Made by a program: the position numbers and the translations under genes. 30,340 bases of DNA from Bdellovibrionota bacterium (GTDB lineage Bacteria > Bdellovibrionota_C > UBA2361 > OMIW01). Location of the stretch: contig JBIJBT010000030.1 of NCBI GenBank assembly GCA_044345055.1, positions 1 to 30,340 on the forward strand. The letters run 5' to 3'. Shown here one piece after another: positions 18,957 to 28,351 of the stretch. Each line of letters begins with the position of its first letter. Within the stretch, counting starts at the first letter, position 1. Under the pieces are notes generated by a model. That model saw only the letters and a program-made list of their open reading frames with translations, did not search any database and had not been told where the DNA came from.

Positions 18957-20792
18957 ATGACTAGTTCGGTGACATCATCTCTTACCTTTGGGCAACAAGA
19001 GTCGCTGGCGAAAGCTCTCGCTCGGTGCGGCGTTCGTGTGCCCTCTGATTCAAGTAAAATCGCCGATTGGTTGATAGATTCGCAGCAACTTCTTCCGGCC
19101 GCTCGCTACGTATCACAGCTCCTAAATGCGATTGGACCAAACCCACCTGAGAAAGGTTCCATTAATCAACGAACTGTTGTCTTTTGCGCATTTAATTCGT
19201 TTGATCCGATCACGATGGCGCGCATGGATGCACTCGCCAAGTTTCTTGACGCCTTCACCGATGACCCTGGCCTTCTTACTGATAAGAACAAGCTTCGTTC
19301 TCTCGTGCGAGAGATGAATCGAGTTCATGAACGCTCATTAGAACGAGCCCATGCATCTTTAACAGATTCACTTGATCGATTTAATGACAACATGTCGCTC
19401 GGTCGACCGGTCGTTCAGTGCCTCGAAAATCTTTTTCAGGAGCTTGAGCAGCATCGAGTGTTTTGCTGTTTTGCCCGCGCCGATCGCGTTGGAGAGATTA
19501 CACGCGAGTCATGGAATAATGGGCGAAAGTTTGTTGAAGCAGCTCGAGACGGCAAGACCTACTCTGATGAGTTAGTGTATCCGGTCGTCGACACTCTCGT
19601 TACAAAGCTGCAAGAGATGTACCGGAGCGAGGCTGATTACTGGTATCACGAAGATATGATACGGATGTATACGCGGGACACCCTCATTCCCCACGCAGTG
19701 CTCAATCGCTACATCGAACCGACTCAAACTACCGACATATTTGGAGCGCTGTGGCGCTTTTTGGGCGATTTTCAGACAAATGGCTCGCTTTTTGTCTGTC
19801 CTCCACTCCTTTTTCATCAATCACAACAGGCAGGCCCCCGTTATATTGGCGTTGCAGAGGTAGCGTCCGAGGTGGCATCGAGAACTATCTCTCCGCAAGC
19901 GATCCCGTATCTCGAATATCGACTAGGCGTAAAGCTTGCTGAGCGTCAGAAAGAGAACTATTCTCGCGCTCGATTGCCGTATGAATTCTCCTTCACTCGA
20001 TTGACCCGCCCTCTCGAATTTATTCCATTTTTGCTCAATCAATTAGAGGACCCTCTGCCCCGCTACGCTCCTACGGTGGAGTCATGGTTACCAACAACAT
20101 TCTGGGCGATCGATCCCGCGCTCGGAATTGCGGGCAAGCAGCTGCGAACAGTGCTTGCAAAGCTAGTAGATCCCGTAATCAATCAAACATTAAGGCGACC
20201 AACAGCGGATCAATCGCAGGCTCTTCTTGCTACATTTCAAGAGGGCTTTGAGCAGACCATGGAGAATGCGGTCTCAATCCTTCGCGATCCAATAGCCCAC
20301 TTCGATGGTAATTACGAAACTGCTATCGATCCTTATGAACTTCGAGAAGCACTCGTTAATGTCACGCTCCTTGGGTTATATCAACCTCGCTCCGATTGGG
20401 TTGAGGAAAAAACAATTGCAGAACGGTTCGAGGGGGCACTAGCTGCAGTTTCTCGATTTGAGATTGAACCGGATGCTCCGATAAATAAGTTACAAGCTGT
20501 TGAGCAGGTTGAAAAACTGATTGAATCGCTTGAACCATTTTATCTCAGGGTTATGCAGCTCTCGTTCGATCCGCTCGCTGTTGAGCTCTGGGTGGTTCTA
20601 AACTTTTATACCGTCGCAACGATTAACTCAGTTAGAGTCAGTCGTTTGCTCTCGAACGATATTGTTGAAGATCTATTACTTCCTCTCAATCTTTCGGCGT
20701 TTCAAGAGGGGCTATCTGGGAAGGCGCAAGATATATTGATAGATCTGTGCGGCCGAATTGATGTAGCGGTCAAAGAGGATTTGGCCAGATGA
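18957..20792 (+). CDS. Hypothetical protein (611 aa), probably cytoplasmic and largely helical
   Basis: Long ORF with no signal peptide and no recognisable motif. Its stop overlaps the next start (ATGA, 20789-20792). Confidence 0.85.
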   Translation: MTSSVTSSLTFGQQESLAKALARCGVRVPSDSSKIADWLIDSQQLLPAARYVSQLLNAIGPNPPEKGSINQRTVVFCAFNSFDPITMARMDALAKFLDAFTDDPGLLTDKNKLRSLVREMNRVHERSLERAHASLTDSLDRFNDNMSLGRPVVQCLENLFQELEQHRVFCCFARADRVGEITRESWNNGRKFVEAARDGKTYSDELVYPVVDTLVTKLQEMYRSEADYWYHEDMIRMYTRDTLIPHAVLNRYIEPTQTTDIFGALWRFLGDFQTNGSLFVCPPLLFHQSQQAGPRYIGVAEVASEVASRTISPQAIPYLEYRLGVKLAERQKENYSRARLPYEFSFTRLTRPLEFIPFLLNQLEDPLPRYAPTVESWLPTTFWAIDPALGIAGKQLRTVLAKLVDPVINQTLRRPTADQSQALLATFQEGFEQTMENAVSILRDPIAHFDGNYETAIDPYELREALVNVTLLGLYQPRSDWVEEKTIAERFEGALAAVSRFEIEPDAPINKLQAVEQVEKLIESLEPFYLRVMQLSFDPLAVELWVVLNFYTVATINSVRVSRLLSNDIVEDLLLPLNLSAFQEGLSGKAQDILIDLCGRIDVAVKEDLAR

Positions 20793-23224
20793 AAAAACCG
20801 CCTCCCCAACCACCACGACTAGCAGGGCATCTCAACGATTCTCTCAAAGCATCATCAGAGAAATATCTGAAAAAAAACTCCCCATCGGAGGGAATGTCAG
20901 AAAACCCTTACGCATACGGAGAGGGTCTTGCTGAAGATGCTATTATTTTGGAGGACCTCTTAAGCTCACGGGATGGGCAATCGCTTCCGTACGAGAGAGC
21001 TATACGATCTGAAATTTTAGAGCCCACGATTCGACTCGCGGGATTCTCTCAGCGATTACCTAATCTGGTAAAACCAAAATCAGAAGTTGTCTCGATCGAG
21101 GAGTACATTAAATCCAATCAGGATGAGATTTTTACCATTATCCCGTATGAGCTTCTTCCTCCAGAGGAAGAGGAGGAGACACAAACCGACGGAGTTCAGC
21201 TCGGAGATATCAATCTCGCTTACGCCCCAAAGCATTTAGGTTTTCAAGCGCTAGGTAATCCAGCAGAGATGATTACAAAGCTCGAGAAGGTGGGCTACCA
21301 TGCAGGCGCATTCATAGCGATTCAGCTCTCTTTGATGTTTCAAACTCGCTCAGCGATCGTTCGCTCGTTTCTTCTCGAGGGTCCTCCGGGGTGCGGGAAA
21401 TCGTTTCTCGCAAAGTGTGTTGCGAAATTAGCAGGTGCCGAATTAATGGTGCTTACTTGCTATCCCGGCATGAACACCCAATTTCTGATTGAGCAACCAT
21501 CCCCGATAGGACTTGCTCGGGCAATGGCCGGCACATCAGTTTCCGACGAAGATTTGGTAAATCTAGGCATTCTCTCTAGAGCATTTCTCGCCTCACAAAC
21601 AAAACCAGTTGTGTTACTGGTTGATGAGCTCGACAAGGTTGATACCGCTGTTGATACATTTTTCCTTGGCCCGTTGAATGACGGCATCATCGATACCGAA
21701 TCACGTCCTCCAATCGTTGCCGATCGAGACAATCTTGTTGTCATGTTCACGAAAAATTTTAATCGTGAGATTGATGATGCACTGATGCGACGGGTCAATC
21801 CTCTGACGATGACCTACCTCGATACAACAGCCGAAAAACGGGTACTAAAAGGGGCAACATCTTCGCAAATCTCCGCGAATCTATCGTACCTTGTTGAGTT
21901 TATGCGGGGTTGTCAGGGACATTATCAATTTGAAAGACCTCCGGCACCTGAAGAGCTTCAGCGATCGGGGAGATATCTTGATATGCTTCTCGAGTGGGGT
22001 ATCACCGATTTCGAGGTTGTCGGTCGCACTCTTTGGCCGCTCATGGCAAAATCTGAGCGAGATCGTACCGTTTTTGAGCAGCTAATTCGATTTCATCCCG
22101 AATTCGCCGATTCTCTGATCCCCGACCCTCGCAAAGCTACATTTAAGCAGCTCCACGCAAAGTTGGGCCGCATTGCGTTGAAAGGGGTGATTGAAGACCC
22201 TGATCGGTTGAAGCGCAAGAAAGCCTTTCAGGTAGATAAGGTTGGTTGGCAACATCTAGGAACCCCAGAAAAAATTACTGAAAAACTCGCGCGTGTCGGA
22301 TACGAATGTTTGCCATATTTGGCAAAACAGGTTGGACTTATTTGTGCGGTCAAGAGAGACATGGTGCGCAGCCTTCTCCTCGAAGGCCCACCCGGTTGTG
22401 GAAAAAGCTTTCTCGGCAAACAGCTTGCCCGCATTGCAGGTGCTGAGTTCATGACTCTGCAGTGTTACACAGGTATGGATACGCGAAACCTGATCGAAAC
22501 ACGCAACGAAGTTGCGATTGCTCGAGCCTCTGCCGGAGTTCGTATTCGAAAAAGCGATGTGATTGAGCTCGGAGTTTTAAGTCAGGCGTTTCTCCGTTCA
22601 CAGAGTCAGCCGGTAATGCTTCTTATTGATGAAATAGATAAGGTCGATGGGCATATCGACACCTTTTTTCTTGGTCCGATTCAGGATGGTCGAATTTGGC
22701 TTCAATCTGGCCCACCAATCGATTGCAACCTCGACAACCTCTTCCTTATTTTTACCAAAAACTATGAACGGGAGCTCAATGATGCCCTGATGAGGCGAAT
22801 AGTTCCCCTCACGATGACCTATCTCGATTCTACACTCGAGCGAAAAGTCCTCTCACGAGATTGTATTCCGAGGCTGATATCAAATCTCGTATACTTAGCT
22901 GATATTATGCGTTCGTCGCGAGACAGTTTCCGTTTTGATCGCCCCCCAGCACCCGAGGAACTACTTACTACTGCTCGTTATATAATAAAGCTTATTGAGT
23001 GGGGCCACGACGATCTCGCCGAGATTGGATTCCAGATCTGGAGAATGATTGCAAAATCTTCGCGTGATCGGCTGGTGCTTGAGCACCTACTACGTTATCA
23101 CCCTGAATTTCTCGATGAGGATTACATTAATCCTGCGGATGAACCGATGGAGTCGATTCAACGTAAACTTGGCACTCTACTTTTGCGAGGTATCATAGGG
23201 CCTGATACCGGTCGAGCTCATTAA
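20789..23224 (+). CDS. Tandem (double) MoxR/CoxD-like AAA+ ATPase (811 aa)
   Basis: Two modules of about 335 aa, each with LLEGPPGCGKS (Walker A at 21380 and 22385), L-x-CY-x-G, LLVDELDK/LLIDEIDK (Walker B), FTKN (sensor 1), RE-x-x-DALMRR (Arg finger), RPPAPEEL and AKS-x-RD. Confidence 0.88.
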   Translation: MKKPPPQPPRLAGHLNDSLKASSEKYLKKNSPSEGMSENPYAYGEGLAEDAIILEDLLSSRDGQSLPYERAIRSEILEPTIRLAGFSQRLPNLVKPKSEVVSIEEYIKSNQDEIFTIIPYELLPPEEEEETQTDGVQLGDINLAYAPKHLGFQALGNPAEMITKLEKVGYHAGAFIAIQLSLMFQTRSAIVRSFLLEGPPGCGKSFLAKCVAKLAGAELMVLTCYPGMNTQFLIEQPSPIGLARAMAGTSVSDEDLVNLGILSRAFLASQTKPVVLLVDELDKVDTAVDTFFLGPLNDGIIDTESRPPIVADRDNLVVMFTKNFNREIDDALMRRVNPLTMTYLDTTAEKRVLKGATSSQISANLSYLVEFMRGCQGHYQFERPPAPEELQRSGRYLDMLLEWGITDFEVVGRTLWPLMAKSERDRTVFEQLIRFHPEFADSLIPDPRKATFKQLHAKLGRIALKGVIEDPDRLKRKKAFQVDKVGWQHLGTPEKITEKLARVGYECLPYLAKQVGLICAVKRDMVRSLLLEGPPGCGKSFLGKQLARIAGAEFMTLQCYTGMDTRNLIETRNEVAIARASAGVRIRKSDVIELGVLSQAFLRSQSQPVMLLIDEIDKVDGHIDTFFLGPIQDGRIWLQSGPPIDCNLDNLFLIFTKNYERELNDALMRRIVPLTMTYLDSTLERKVLSRDCIPRLISNLVYLADIMRSSRDSFRFDRPPAPEELLTTARYIIKLIEWGHDDLAEIGFQIWRMIAKSSRDRLVLEHLLRYHPEFLDEDYINPADEPMESIQRKLGTLLLRGIIGPDTGRAH

Positions 23225-23244
23225 AGGGCTAAACTAGGGACTTT

Positions 23245-23281
23245 TTTTGGTTTGAGATCCAAATCTGAATTTAGGCCAAAA
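23245..23281. terminator. Possible terminator between the convergent ATPase and ftsY genes
   Basis: TTTTGGTTTGAG...TTTAGGCCAAAA, an imperfect stem with several G-U pairs on the + strand. Confidence 0.3.
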
Positions 23282-23329
23282 TATAATTTGAGGGCCAAAT
23301 TGATCCGCAGCTGCGCAGAGCGTTTGTGT

Positions 23330-24787
23330 TTACTCCAACCCACGTAAAGAGCCATCCCCTAAAAGAGCAGAGACAAATTCGTCGGGATCGAACGGCCGAA
23401 GATCATTCCAAGTTTCTCCAACGCCAATAAATCGAACCGGAATACCAAGCTCCTCACTCACCGCCACGACGACTCCACCCTTTGCGGTTCCATCGAGCTT
23501 GGTAACAATAACTCCCGTTATCGGGACCGATGACTGAAATTCTCTCGCCTGAACCAGCGCATTTTGGCCAGTTGTCCCATCAATAATAAGCCAAACCTCT
23601 TCAGGTGAGTTCGGTTGAAGCTTTTTGACAACTCGGACCATCCCCTCGAGTTCTTGCATCAGGCTTCCCCTATTGTGGAGCCGTCCTGCCGTATCAACCA
23701 ATATGACATCGGCCGATTCTCTTTTACCTAACTCGAGCGCGGAGTGGACAACTGTTGATGGTTTATCATCGGGTGAGCCTGCAACTACCTTAACGCCGAC
23801 TCGCTCTCCCCATTCACGAAGCTGTTCATCGGCGGCAGCCCGAAAAGTGTCCGCTGCTGCTAACACAACCCGAGCCCCCTGACTCGTCCAGCGATGGGCC
23901 AATTTTGCTACCGTTGTTGTTTTGCCGACTCCATTTACTCCAACGACAAAAACAATTTTCGGCTGATTCGTCGCAGAGGCGACTGGTCGAAAATCCTCAG
24001 CTGCTTGACCGTTCGGTTCCAAAAGCTTCCTCAGCTGCCCATGGATATGGGACATGATGAATTCTTTGGATACCGATTTTCCCTCTCGGACCGCCTGTTT
24101 TAGGTCGCGAACTATCGCGGATGCCGTCTTTAGGCCAAGGTCACTGGTAACAAGAAGCACCTCCAACTCTTCAAGAGTTTCCGCATCAAGAGCCGGATAT
24201 CCAAGAAATACTGATTTTATCTTGCTTAGAAGCCCTCGCCGAGAAGACCCTAATTTTTTCTCAAGAGGAACAATCTCTGAGCTCGTAGCAATTGGTGCTC
24301 CGCCTTTTGCCGATTCATACCGCGATTGCGAGCCGGGAGCATTTCTCTGGGATAAGCTCTGTTCATTTTTAAACTGTTGATTCTTTGACGCGGCCCCTAC
24401 TGCCTCGCCTCTTCCTCCCTGAACGGTATCTCCACTATTTTCAATAATCGTACTTACCGCTCGACCCATCGAGACGACCTCGACTCGGACCTTTTCCTCT
24501 AAGTTGCCGACTCGGTCATTCAAGCGCTGAACCGAGCGTTCAACTCGGGCTAGCCGTTCAATTGCATCATCCGTTCCCCCCTCCCCTTCATCTCTGTTCT
24601 GTCGATTGGAGAGCCAGCCAAGGACCAAATACGCCGCTCCAAAGACCACCAAGATCACCAAAAAGGCAATAAACGGACCTCTGCTCCAATTCCCCCAGAA
24701 TGAATCTGAGAGAGGATGGGCAAGCATTGATGATGGCACGCCACCCCCTTGTTGGGCCCTCAACAGATACCACGCCTCAATTCCCAT
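23330..24787 (-). CDS. ftsY: Signal recognition particle receptor FtsY with an N-terminal TM anchor
   Basis: GVNGVGKTTT, DTFRAAA, DTAGR, DGTTGQN, TKLDGTAKGG and GVGE motifs; directly downstream of smc (conserved smc-ftsY order). The exact start is uncertain. Confidence 0.96.
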   Translation of the reverse strand: MGIEAWYLLRAQQGGGVPSSMLAHPLSDSFWGNWSRGPFIAFLVILVVFGAAYLVLGWLSNRQNRDEGEGGTDDAIERLARVERSVQRLNDRVGNLEEKVRVEVVSMGRAVSTIIENSGDTVQGGRGEAVGAASKNQQFKNEQSLSQRNAPGSQSRYESAKGGAPIATSSEIVPLEKKLGSSRRGLLSKIKSVFLGYPALDAETLEELEVLLVTSDLGLKTASAIVRDLKQAVREGKSVSKEFIMSHIHGQLRKLLEPNGQAAEDFRPVASATNQPKIVFVVGVNGVGKTTTVAKLAHRWTSQGARVVLAAADTFRAAADEQLREWGERVGVKVVAGSPDDKPSTVVHSALELGKRESADVILVDTAGRLHNRGSLMQELEGMVRVVKKLQPNSPEEVWLIIDGTTGQNALVQAREFQSSVPITGVIVTKLDGTAKGGVVVAVSEELGIPVRFIGVGETWNDLRPFDPDEFVSALLGDGSLRGLE

Positions 24788-27700
24788 GCACCACCGCCTC
24801 CTTTAACGACACCGTAATCAGCTTAGAGGCTCCCGGAGTCGGCATGGTTACACCAACAAGCGTATCGGCTGCCGCCATCGACGCTTTATTGTGAGTTATC
24901 ATCAAAAATTGAGTACTAGCGCTCATTTCCCGAATGACCTTCAAGAAACGTTGGAGATTCGCTTCATCGAGCGGTGCGTCAACCTCATCGAGTACGCAAA
25001 GGGGGCTCGGTCGCTCAAGGAACATCGCAAAGATAAGAGCCGTCGCGCAGAGTGCCTTTTCGCCTCCCGACATTAAATCAATACTTTTGAGCTTCTTCCC
25101 GGGAGGACGTACCGAAATATCGACTCCACTCTCTAACGGCTTGGTCGGGTCGGAGAGCGATAGATCGGCAGCACCCCCCCCGAAGAGCGACGGGACCAAT
25201 CGCGAGAAATTCCGCCTAACTGCCTGAAAGGTGGCAAGGAACCTCTCCTCTGAGGTAGCGGTTAATCGTTGCAGACTCTCCTTTAGCGTCGTTGCAGCCC
25301 TCTCAAGGTCCTCTTTTTGACGGACTATTCCATCGAGCCGCTCTTTCTCAGCCTCGTATTGCTCTATAGAGCTCGGGTCAACCTCCCCCTCTCTGACGAT
25401 TCTATTCCGAAGCTGAGTAACTCGCCCCTGCAATTGCTGTTTATCATCAGCCGAGAGCCGCTCCTCTGGCGCACCCATTTCGGCCAATCTTTGGAACTCC
25501 TCGGTGCCCTGCTCAGCAATGAATCGCTCGCACACACTTTGTCGCTCTACCTGAATTTTTTGCAGCTCAATCTCGAATCGAGCATTTGCGGCCCGAGTCC
25601 TATCGAGCTCAGAACGAACCTGCATCAGCTCCTCTGATACCCGAGCCAAAACTTCGCGGTGGTTTCTTCGCTCTTGGTCGGCACAACTAAGCTCTGCAAC
25701 AACAACCTCTCCATCCTCATCATCAGCATCATCTACAAGAGCTTCAAGCGCTTCAATATCTTCCTCTACGACGGCAGCTTCATGACGAAGATCATCTGCA
25801 TGACTCTGCAATTCCTCAACCTGCTCCTGCGCCCGCTGACCATCCTGATCAAGCTGCTCAAGTATCGCTCGCTCCGCCTGCAGAAGCCCCCGAACATTTC
25901 CCTGCTGAAGACCGAGCTCTCGCACAATTCGTTGACGCTCCCTTACAACCCTCAGCGTCTCACTATACCGAACATCAAGATTAGCAACTTTTTCACTAAG
26001 ACGAACTCGCTCTCCAATCAGATTGTCCTGGGAATGCGCTAGTGCAGCCGTCTCACCCGACAAAACCAACTCACGCCCCCGCAACTCGATAAGTCCGCTA
26101 TCTCCCCCTGATCCAAAAAAGCTATTTTTTGTAAGAACATCCCCATTGAGGGTAACCACAGTGCAATCCCGCGCATCACCACTCTCCTCTGACGCAAAAA
26201 AAGCAATCGCATCATTTAGGGAGTCAGCCACAACTACCCGTTCAAGCAATTCACGCACGATCCCTTCAGCTGAATCGGAGACCGATATAAGATCAATCAA
26301 ACGGGGGAACGGGGTCCTAACCTCATACATCCCCTTCTGTTCGGAACGATAAGCACCCGCGCGCAACACCCCAATCGCCCCGCCAATGCCCCCCTCTCCT
26401 GCCGAAGTAATCCGATTTAAAAATCGAGCCCCCACCGAGAGTGGATCATCAACGAGAAGAAACCGCGCTCTTTCTGCTATTATCGCCTGCGCCGCCCGTC
26501 CATACTGCTCCGGTACATGCATCTCATCGAGCAATAGCCTCAACGTTTCTGTTGTTTCGCCCGCTAGTTCCGCCCCAAAAACCCGCGCTAACTGTTGAGA
26601 GGGAGATGCCGCAGCGATCTGCTCTCTAATTGCCTGAAGAACGCTTTCCTTTGCGATAAACTCATCTCGCACCTGTCGCAATTGCTGCTCGGTCGCAGCA
26701 AGCTCCGTTCGGGCCTCCTCTAATTCAGCCGCAACATCATCTATTTCAGCCCCGCCATCCTCATCACTCTGCTGAACCTGACCTCCGAGCTCCTCATCTT
26801 GTTGCTCTAAATCTGTAATGTGAGCGGATGATTTTGCCTTTCTCTCAGCAATGACGGCACACCGCTCACTAAGTCGAAGCATTTCATTTGTTGTTGATTG
26901 TATCAGCTTTCGAAGCTCTTCCCCCTTAGCTTTACGCTCGGTAAGGGTGCGCTCTCTTCTTAGCGATTCCTCCCTCATACGCTCAAGCCGCGAGCGAAGC
27001 TCATCGATCCTGAGCTCAATCGTCTCTAACTCCTGGCGACTTGAACCCTCAGCAACAGCAAGATCTGCAAACCGCTCACCAACTCTTTCCTCTGCCTCTC
27101 GCCCAATCTCTTGCCCCTGAGCAACTTCATCCTCTCTCTCCTGAAGCGAGGAGTAGATATCCAAAAAGAGTGTACGTTCAGCCTCAATTAATTCTTCTTT
27201 AATTTCTTGCCGAGCTCGCGCTCGAGAAGCCTGACGCTTCAAGATCCCTACCTGACGCTCAAGCTCTCCAATAACATCCTGAAGACGGAGAATATTTTGA
27301 CTGGTATCAGCAAGGCGACGAGTCGCCTCCGCAATTTTATCTCTAAATCCTACAACTCCAGCCGCCTCTTCGAGAATCATTCGCCGATCAGCTGGCTTTG
27401 CGGTAACAATCCTTCCAACCTCGCCCTGAGCCACAATAGTGTAGGCACGAGCCCCCAAACCGACCGCTCTAAATAGATCTTTCAGATCTTTGAGCCGACA
27501 CTGTACTTTATTGATAAAAAACTCCGACTCACCACTTCGATAAAACCGCCTAGTCACCTGAACCTCGCTCACCGAAGCGAGCCAATGGAATCTTGAAATT
27601 AACGAGGCCGATCTTCGCTTTTCATTGGTCTTTGTCGGCATCTCATCCTGTGAGCCACTCTCATCCAAAACCTCAAGCCCTTGCTCGGAATCATCCAATA

Positions 27701-28187
27701 TTTCTTGAGCATCATCGAATGTCTCTTGCCCACCTTGGGCAATGCCCAAATTATCCTCTAGTTTGAGACCATCCTCATCACCCCGTTCGCCAAGAGCTCC
27801 TCCTCGAATCACGGTGAGACGGGGCCGCTCTTCCTCTTGTGTTAGCTCGCCCTGCTCCAACTCTCCCGATGCAACCAGCTCCGCTTCAACCTGGGGTGAT
27901 ACCAGATCATCAAGAAGCGCATTACCATCAGCTCGAAGCGTTATGGTCACCTCAGCCAAACCAAGCGGTCGCAAAGAATCCGTGCCGTTAAAAATAACAT
28001 CTTCAAGAGTCCCACCTCGCAGCTGGCTTGCCCGTGTTTCCCCCAAAACCCAACGCAGCGCATCGACTACATTAGACTTGCCACACCCATTGGGACCCAC
28101 AACCCCTGTGATTCCTCCCTCAAGCGGTAGGAGCAACCGCTCCATGAACGACTTGAAACCGAACACCTCAATCCGAGCTACCTTCAT
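24777..28187 (-). CDS. smc: Chromosome segregation protein SMC (atypical)
   Basis: FKSF, Walker A GPNGCGKSN, Q-loop IVAQGEV, EEAAG, coiled coils, central hinge, signature MSGGEK, Walker B/D-loop VLDEVDAPLD, H-loop ITHN. Confidence 0.95.
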   Translation of the reverse strand: MKVARIEVFGFKSFMERLLLPLEGGITGVVGPNGCGKSNVVDALRWVLGETRASQLRGGTLEDVIFNGTDSLRPLGLAEVTITLRADGNALLDDLVSPQVEAELVASGELEQGELTQEEERPRLTVIRGGALGERGDEDGLKLEDNLGIAQGGQETFDDAQEILDDSEQGLEVLDESGSQDEMPTKTNEKRRSASLISRFHWLASVSEVQVTRRFYRSGESEFFINKVQCRLKDLKDLFRAVGLGARAYTIVAQGEVGRIVTAKPADRRMILEEAAGVVGFRDKIAEATRRLADTSQNILRLQDVIGELERQVGILKRQASRARARQEIKEELIEAERTLFLDIYSSLQEREDEVAQGQEIGREAEERVGERFADLAVAEGSSRQELETIELRIDELRSRLERMREESLRRERTLTERKAKGEELRKLIQSTTNEMLRLSERCAVIAERKAKSSAHITDLEQQDEELGGQVQQSDEDGGAEIDDVAAELEEARTELAATEQQLRQVRDEFIAKESVLQAIREQIAAASPSQQLARVFGAELAGETTETLRLLLDEMHVPEQYGRAAQAIIAERARFLLVDDPLSVGARFLNRITSAGEGGIGGAIGVLRAGAYRSEQKGMYEVRTPFPRLIDLISVSDSAEGIVRELLERVVVADSLNDAIAFFASEESGDARDCTVVTLNGDVLTKNSFFGSGGDSGLIELRGRELVLSGETAALAHSQDNLIGERVRLSEKVANLDVRYSETLRVVRERQRIVRELGLQQGNVRGLLQAERAILEQLDQDGQRAQEQVEELQSHADDLRHEAAVVEEDIEALEALVDDADDEDGEVVVAELSCADQERRNHREVLARVSEELMQVRSELDRTRAANARFEIELQKIQVERQSVCERFIAEQGTEEFQRLAEMGAPEERLSADDKQQLQGRVTQLRNRIVREGEVDPSSIEQYEAEKERLDGIVRQKEDLERAATTLKESLQRLTATSEERFLATFQAVRRNFSRLVPSLFGGGAADLSLSDPTKPLESGVDISVRPPGKKLKSIDLMSGGEKALCATALIFAMFLERPSPLCVLDEVDAPLDEANLQRFLKVIREMSASTQFLMITHNKASMAAADTLVGVTMPTPGASKLITVSLKEAVVHGN

Positions 28188-28286
28188 AACGCGTGACTAC
28201 TGAAAAATTTGTCTTATTGAGCCCCTCTCACGTTTTGTTTTTTCGTAAAGGGGAATTGGTATTATTCGCACAGCTACCGATGGCTG

Positions 28287-28295
28287 TTATACACA
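28287..28295 (+). promoter_or_regulatory. Consensus DnaA box upstream of smc
   Basis: TTATACACA matches TTWTNCACA; a one-mismatch copy, TTATTCGCA, is at 28262-28270. A 9-mer can occur by chance. Confidence 0.3.
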
Positions 28296-28351
28296 AGTTA
28301 TCGATTAGAGTACCCGAGTTGCTGCCATCAGAATAGTAAAAAACCGTCCTA

